IMG/VR virus record: IMGVR_UViG_3300011113_000105 | Coordinates: 1-59,655 of that record | Direction: 5' to 3' (one strand) | Origin: a virus | Lineage: Duplodnaviria > Caudoviricetes | DNA length: 59,655 bases | In this document: positions 54,292 to 59,655 of the stretch, piece after piece | Position numbering within the stretch: the stretch's first letter is position 1 | Layout: the number at the start of each line of letters is the position of its first letter | The notes under the pieces: generated by a model | What the model saw: only the letters and a program-made list of their open reading frames with translations | Database searches by the model: none | What the model was told of the DNA's origin: nothing | Program-made: the position numbers and the translations under genes

Positions 54292-54705
54292 TTATGCAGC
54301 GCGAGTGATACCGCGCGGGTCTTCAACAACAGCCTCGACCGAATCATCGTTGATGATGCGGAACTCGCGGCCATGAATCTTCAGGCGAGTGCCTGAATTG
54401 GGTCGGACGATAACGAAGTCACCGACCTTGCACGACGGTCCACTGGGGAACCGGGTCTTGTCTGCGTAGGCGTCAGGGCCAATCTTGACCACGAACAGAA
54501 CAGGAGTGAGTACTTCCTCATAGTGCATGGTCTTGGAATCCTTGATGAGTCCGACCTCACTGTCTTGATACTCTTCCATCGCCTCTGGGACAACGCACAG
54601 AAGGTGATAGGTCTTGGGTTCAGGCAACTGCTTGGCTTTCTGTTCAGAAGCCTTGTTCAGCAGCGGCGCGAGGTCAATAGCACCCGCAAAATCAGTCATC
54701 AGCAT
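54292..54705 (-). CDS. groES: GroES/Cpn10-like co-chaperonin
   Basis: P....LL, V.KIGPDAY, CKVGDFVI....GTRLKI.G.EFRIINDDSVEAVV. Confidence 0.75.
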   Translation of the reverse strand: MLMTDFAGAIDLAPLLNKASEQKAKQLPEPKTYHLLCVVPEAMEEYQDSEVGLIKDSKTMHYEEVLTPVLFVVKIGPDAYADKTRFPSGPSCKVGDFVIVRPNSGTRLKIHGREFRIINDDSVEAVVEDPRGITRAA

Positions 54706-54889
54706 GCTCCATTCGTTGCACGAGGTCGTTAATGATGGCTTCTGCGAGGCTCAGACCCCGGATGATCCCGCAGACGTTTCGGTACTCGTCAAAGTTGATG
54801 GCCCGACCCGCGCCCAGAAAGGCGATGTTGTCGGCCCTCAACTTGTCGATCTCTTTGGCCACATGGGCCAGAACTTTTAGGTCATTCAA
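54692..54889 (-). CDS. Hypothetical protein
   Basis: G....FDEYR..CG.IRGL; between portal and GroES-like gene. Confidence 0.7.
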   Translation of the reverse strand: MNDLKVLAHVAKEIDKLRADNIAFLGAGRAINFDEYRNVCGIIRGLSLAEAIINDLVQRMEHADD

Positions 54890-57381
54890 CTCTTGTCCTT
54901 CTTAGAGGTTTGTCTTTGCGCAGCGGCCATCTGCATGGCCATCTGCGCCCGGTGTTTGGCGATGTCAGCGCCAATCTTTGTGCCATCAACAAGCTGCTGC
55001 TTCTGCAATTTGTCCTTTGCAGCGGCTGCGGTAGCCGCGACTTGCATGGCAGCGATCTCCTTTTGAGCCGCGATCCGGGCCTTCTCAATTTCGAGTTGGT
55101 CGGCTTTTGCAGCGGCTTCAATCTGCTGTTTCTGCGCCTTGAGTTGAAGGTCTTGTTGCTTGAGTTGAAGTTCCTGCATCTGCATCTGGACGATCGGGTC
55201 CTGCATCTGCTGTTGAGCAGCGGCGGCTGCGGCCTGCTGCTGGTTCTGCTGGGTGATGGCCATTGACGCCTGAGCCACCATGACAGCGATCTGGTCGGCG
55301 ATCTCCGGGGCCACCTTCTTGGTCTGCTCCTCGTTGGGCAGGATCATCCCCGTGGCCATCTCGACCTGCTTGCGATACTCGAAGCCCATGTGCTCGTTGA
55401 TGTGAGCCATCGTCGCAGCCACGATCATCTGCGCCTGCGGGTTCATCTGCATCAACTGTTGAATCTTCGGGTTCTGGAGCATGGCCATGTGCGTGGCAAT
55501 ATGCGCCTCGTGGTTCTGCTCCATGAACGCCTTGACCGGCTTCATCGTCAGCAAGTCCTGGTTCTCCGTGACGGGGTCCTTCGGAGTCAGGTCGTCCTCG
55601 ATCGGCACCAGCTTCTGAGCGTTCTTGATCCCAAGCACGTCCAACATCTGACGGTTGAGCAACGCCATGTTGAACAACTGCGGCGACGCCTGAGCCAACT
55701 GGAACGCAGCCTGATACTGCACGATCTTCTGTGCCATCGTGGCAGCGTTGGGGTCGCTGACCGGGATCACATCCGTGCTGTCGTAGTCACCTCGCCGGGC
55801 CATCCGCGAGCCTTCCTCCGGCTCGTAGGAATACTCCTCGGGCGTGTAGTCAGCGATGATGTTCTTGAGCAGACGCAACTCCTGCTTCATCGCATAGTGC
55901 AGTCGAGCTTGAACTGCGCTCATCACCTTCAGCGTGCGCTCAAGGATGGCCAGGGTGGTGCCCACCGGAGCTTGTGCTCCCATGTCGCTGACCTTGATGT
56001 CACCTGCCGAGGCAAACGCGCGGCCTTCCTGCACGATGTTCTGGAACAGAGCAAACAGAACTTGGCTCGGCTCCTTGTATGGCAGGGGCAGGATGTTGTC
56101 GCGGATCGAGCCAGACGGCACGTCTACATCACGGAACTCGCCGGGGGCGATCGGGGTGTCATCTCCCTTGACCCGCAAGCCGCGTGACTTCAAGCCACCG
56201 GGCAGGTTGGACAGCGTGCCAGCATCGACCAACTGACGGATCAGCATCGTGGCCGACTTGGCATATCCACCGATCAGGTGGATCAGCCCGTAGCCATAGA
56301 AGCCAAAGCCAGGGATGTACTGATAGTGGACGAAGTGTTCGCGCTTGAGTTTGAGCTTGTCGTCCTCGTACCAATTGCGACGGATGGCCAGGACGGTGCG
56401 GGTGGCCTTCTCTACGGTAACGACGTACGGTAGTGCAATCCCGGTGGGGTTGCCGTCCTTGTCTGTGTCCTCGTAGCCCTTCAAGTCCAGAACGACAGAC
56501 ATCTCCAGCAGCCGGTAGCGGTCGTCCTGCATGGCCGTCATGCCCTGCTCTTCGGCCTTCTGCTTCTCAATGTCGTCCAACTCACGTGAGGGCTCGCCCA
56601 GTTCTACTTCGCGGTAGAACCCAGCGGCCTGGAGTTTGGCGATCTCGTTCTTGGTCTTACGCATGACGTGCGTCACGCGCTCCGCACGCTCCAAATTGGC
56701 TGCACCGTAGGGCACCACGATGTCCTCAGCGGGGATGAACATCGCCACCTGACGGCCCAGACTCGGGTCGTAATAGACCTTCTTGAACGCTGAACCCGAA
56801 ATGGGCAGGTTCCACAGCAGCTTCTCGTGCTCAGGACGATACTCCTGCATCACGTCCGTCAACTGATAGTTCATGTCCTCCTGGACACGCTGTGCTGCGT
56901 CCTGCTTCTCCGGGGTGTCCTTGCCCAAGATTTTGGTCTTGACAGGCCCAGCAGCCGGAAAAGTCTCCATGATTGCCTCTGACTGGAACCTCACGACAGA
57001 CTCCGTCAGCATCGGGTGGAACACACCACACGCACCCTGCCACGGCTCTGTACGTTCCTCGTACTTCAGGCCAAGGAGCTTCAAGCCATCGACGTAGGTC
57101 TGAATCCATTCTTTGCGATCTCCTTGGTCCTTGGTGAAATCGTCCACCAGATCGTTGCCCAGACTCTGGAGCACGTTGTCGTCGATGAACTCGGCGAGGT
57201 TGGCATCAAAGTCCTCAGACGTCTTGGGCTCGGGACGCAGTTCAATCTCAATGTCACCCATGCCGATGCTGACCGACTCAGGGTCTTCAATCTCAATCTC
57301 GATGGGCTCCATCTCTGCTGCCATCGCGTCTAGGCCCAGGGGCGCGCCGTACAGAGCCTTGTCAATTCCGCTTGTTGCCAT
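54886..57381 (-). CDS. Portal protein
   Basis: F.ANLAE, PW.GACGV.HP, GSAFKKVYYD, GFYG.GL.H, RQLVDAGTL.N; Q-rich barrel-like C-terminus; follows TerL. Confidence 0.9.
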   Translation of the reverse strand: MATSGIDKALYGAPLGLDAMAAEMEPIEIEIEDPESVSIGMGDIEIELRPEPKTSEDFDANLAEFIDDNVLQSLGNDLVDDFTKDQGDRKEWIQTYVDGLKLLGLKYEERTEPWQGACGVFHPMLTESVVRFQSEAIMETFPAAGPVKTKILGKDTPEKQDAAQRVQEDMNYQLTDVMQEYRPEHEKLLWNLPISGSAFKKVYYDPSLGRQVAMFIPAEDIVVPYGAANLERAERVTHVMRKTKNEIAKLQAAGFYREVELGEPSRELDDIEKQKAEEQGMTAMQDDRYRLLEMSVVLDLKGYEDTDKDGNPTGIALPYVVTVEKATRTVLAIRRNWYEDDKLKLKREHFVHYQYIPGFGFYGYGLIHLIGGYAKSATMLIRQLVDAGTLSNLPGGLKSRGLRVKGDDTPIAPGEFRDVDVPSGSIRDNILPLPYKEPSQVLFALFQNIVQEGRAFASAGDIKVSDMGAQAPVGTTLAILERTLKVMSAVQARLHYAMKQELRLLKNIIADYTPEEYSYEPEEGSRMARRGDYDSTDVIPVSDPNAATMAQKIVQYQAAFQLAQASPQLFNMALLNRQMLDVLGIKNAQKLVPIEDDLTPKDPVTENQDLLTMKPVKAFMEQNHEAHIATHMAMLQNPKIQQLMQMNPQAQMIVAATMAHINEHMGFEYRKQVEMATGMILPNEEQTKKVAPEIADQIAVMVAQASMAITQQNQQQAAAAAAQQQMQDPIVQMQMQELQLKQQDLQLKAQKQQIEAAAKADQLEIEKARIAAQKEIAAMQVAATAAAAKDKLQKQQLVDGTKIGADIAKHRAQMAMQMAAAQRQTSKKDKS

Positions 57382-57390
57382 GATCAATCC

Positions 57391-58905
57391 TTACACCGTA
57401 TAAAACCGTTCTTTGCGTGGACTCATGAAGTACCGAATGTCGTCCTGCTCATCGCTGGGCAGGCGGATAAACCCACCCTGCCGGAAGCGCAGCAGTGCCA
57501 ACGTGGTCGAGTCCACAAGGTCGTCGTTTGTGCCGGATGGGAAGTCGTTGCACTCTTCAATAACTTCCTTGGCCCAGCGTCTATCGGGAGCCCATACTAT
57601 CCCACTACGAAACAAATCGGAAACCGCATTTACGCGGCTTATCTTGTCCTGGCCTCTGCCCGGCGTGAACTCGCCGATGGGCACACCCATGCGCCTGAAC
57701 TCCTGGTACAGCGCCGCACCGTTGGACTTCTTCTCCACCATGAACGCGTCAGGTTGCCAATCCTTGTACTCCTCCAGCACAAGCTGTTTGAGGTCAGGAA
57801 ACTCCATGCGCTTCTTGATGGCGTTCAGAAGAATGATGTTGTAGTTGCTTGTCTCTTCGTTGAAGAACACGCCCCACGTAGTCAGAGCGTTGTAGTCCGC
57901 GCGGTTGTTGGATTCCTGCGCGGCGTCCAGAGACATGATGGTGAACTCACAGGACGGTGGGTCGTCCTTGTCCCATATCTGCCACCACTCTCGCTTGATC
58001 AGCGCGCCTTCTTCCGAGACGGGGTTCTGCATGTACTGGGCCTGCCAGTACCGGGGGTCCATACCCGCCTTTTTGGCCAGCAGTTCTTCTAGGCTCCAGA
58101 ACTCGCTCCACAGCGGCTTTTCGTTCAGGATCGCGGGGAACTCAACGACTTCCCACTCGTCTACGCCTTCTTCGCGCCCCATCTGCGCAATGATCTGCCC
58201 CGTGAGGTCCAACTTGGACCAGCGTGTCATCACAACGATGATTGCACCGCCCGGCATAAGACGCTGAATAGGCCCAGACTGAAACCACTCCCAAGCAGGC
58301 AGAAAAACATCGGGTCGCCCCAGCTTAGCGTCTTGTTCAGAATGAGGATCGTCAATGATAAATAGGTCAGCACCGCGACCAGCAAGGGCACCACCCACGC
58401 CAATTGCGAAATACTCTCCATTGAAGTTCGTCCCCCAACGACTGGCTGATTTGCTGTCTGCTTGCAGTTCTACCTGCGGGAAGATGTCCTTGTACGAGTC
58501 AGAACTGACCAGATTTCGCACCCTACGGCCAAAGTTCACCGCCAGATCGGCAGTGTGCGAGGCCATGATGACCTTTTTGTGCGGATATTTACCCAAAAAC
58601 CACGCTGGCGCAAGATAGGAGATGAGTTCTGACTTGCCGTGGCGTGGCGCAATGTTCACAATCACGCGTTTTTTCTTCCCCGAGGCGATTTCCTCGAAGA
58701 TTCGGGCCAGTCTGCGGTGGTGTGGACCGACTTTGTACCCCGGATAGACGTGTTCTGCGAAGGAAAGTAAGGAATCGCGCCCCAAAATCTGCGCAGACTC
58801 GGCATCCCACGCCTTCAGAAGCTCCAAAGTCCGCTTTTTGTCCTCCAACGACATCGTTGGAAGCAAATTTTTCAGCGTTTGAATCTGTTCAGGCTTGATC
58901 CGCAT
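57391..58905 (-). CDS. terL: Terminase large subunit
   Basis: APRHGKS, GRGADLFIIDDP, VMTRW, YMQNP, SLDAA, VEKKSNG, FPSG.NDDLVDS. Confidence 0.95.
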   Translation of the reverse strand: MRIKPEQIQTLKNLLPTMSLEDKKRTLELLKAWDAESAQILGRDSLLSFAEHVYPGYKVGPHHRRLARIFEEIASGKKKRVIVNIAPRHGKSELISYLAPAWFLGKYPHKKVIMASHTADLAVNFGRRVRNLVSSDSYKDIFPQVELQADSKSASRWGTNFNGEYFAIGVGGALAGRGADLFIIDDPHSEQDAKLGRPDVFLPAWEWFQSGPIQRLMPGGAIIVVMTRWSKLDLTGQIIAQMGREEGVDEWEVVEFPAILNEKPLWSEFWSLEELLAKKAGMDPRYWQAQYMQNPVSEEGALIKREWWQIWDKDDPPSCEFTIMSLDAAQESNNRADYNALTTWGVFFNEETSNYNIILLNAIKKRMEFPDLKQLVLEEYKDWQPDAFMVEKKSNGAALYQEFRRMGVPIGEFTPGRGQDKISRVNAVSDLFRSGIVWAPDRRWAKEVIEECNDFPSGTNDDLVDSTTLALLRFRQGGFIRLPSDEQDDIRYFMSPRKERFYTV

Positions 58906-59479
58906 CGGTCTGAGGCTCAATGTCCGTCACATCCGTCGGAATCACACGCGTTTTCACGTCGATCGTGCGTTTTTCGAGCTTTTCCAGCGTCTCAAGTAGC
59001 TCTTTTTCGACTTCTTCGATGCTCTGCTGCTTGACGGTCATCTCCGACCGCTTCTTGAACGCATCCACACCGTCAATTTCACCCAGCGAACGTAGAGCAG
59101 TAAGCCGTATCTTCGCATCTGGATGCTCTGTCTCCGCCACCAGCTTGTTGACGACATAGGTCTTCAAATCCGCCAACTCCTTGACAACCAAGGAATCATG
59201 TTGTGCAACAAGCCCAGCGAGATACGCAACCGTAGGATTTGTATACGTGGATAGCTGAGCGGCCATCGCTTTGTTGCCCAGCATCTTTTGAGCGACTTCC
59301 AACGCTTTGCCTCGCTCGGCTTCAGTGGGTTCTATGGGGTTGCCGGTCAAATCAGAGATCAGTTTGACCGTTCTGGCGCGCATCTCCAACTCTTCACGCT
59401 CTGACAGGTCAGGCAGGGCTTCCGTTGCAGAAGCCGGGAGAGGCACATCGAAATCGATGTCAGGAACAAGTTCGTCCAT
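58889..59479 (-). CDS. Probable terminase small subunit
   Basis: Directly upstream of TerL; RL.AL..LG....VD.F; start uncertain (59479 or 59509). Confidence 0.6.
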   Translation of the reverse strand: MDELVPDIDFDVPLPASATEALPDLSEREELEMRARTVKLISDLTGNPIEPTEAERGKALEVAQKMLGNKAMAAQLSTYTNPTVAYLAGLVAQHDSLVVKELADLKTYVVNKLVAETEHPDAKIRLTALRSLGEIDGVDAFKKRSEMTVKQQSIEEVEKELLETLEKLEKRTIDVKTRVIPTDVTDIEPQTDADQA

Positions 59480-59655
59480 AGGAGGAAAAGGGCACTCCAA
59501 AGTTGACATCAATATAGCACGGCTTTTTGAAAGGAGGTAGGGACTCCTACCGGGGGGTGTTGGGAAAGTAGAAGTTATTACACCTAGGGTTTTTACTTAA
59601 AAGGGGGGAGGGGGGTGCGGGGAAGTTTGGGAAGTGGTGTGGTGATTTGCGCGGA

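Noticed and set aside
1-59655. tRNA genes, integrase/att site, stop-codon reassignment, terminal repeats
   Set aside because: No cloverleaf or T-loop in the few intergenic gaps, no recombinase motifs, core genes are intact in the standard code, and the two ends share no direct repeat.

Overview
The window is a near-complete genome of a tailed dsDNA phage (Caudoviricetes) with podovirus-like architecture, apparently opened in the non-coding region between its two divergent arms. The + strand arm (about 0.35-20 kb) holds early and replication genes: small host-takeover-type ORFs behind strong sigma70 promoters, a DUF3150-like protein, a MoxR-type AAA+ ATPase with a metallopeptidase-vWA partner, VRR-NUC, HTH-DUF3310, family A DNA polymerase (Leu762 type), PD-(D/E)XK and Cas4-like nucleases, HNH, SNF2 helicase, an HTH regulator and a primase-helicase. 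The - strand arm (about 59.5-20 kb) holds TerS, TerL, portal, GroES-like, scaffold, capsid, adaptor, tail and fibre genes, a lysis cassette and three large ejection/polyvalent proteins. I saw no integrase, tRNA, CRISPR array or reverse transcriptase. The best candidates for new biology are: (1) five different 2OG-Fe(II) oxygenases packed around a Gly/Cys/Asn-Pro-rich fibre-tip protein, a possible virion-protein modification system; (2) two early promoters followed by two-hairpin RNA leaders of identical geometry but different sequence, reminiscent of put-type antitermination; (3) a hydrophobic-x-x-GG motif repeated across ejection proteins and small basic late proteins, a possible cleavage or encapsidation tag; (4) a promoter-driven structured RNA at 13.57-13.73 kb sharing a 14-mer with a pseudoknotted late leader at 51.04-51.10 kb. 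Family assignments come from motif recognition by eye, not database searches.
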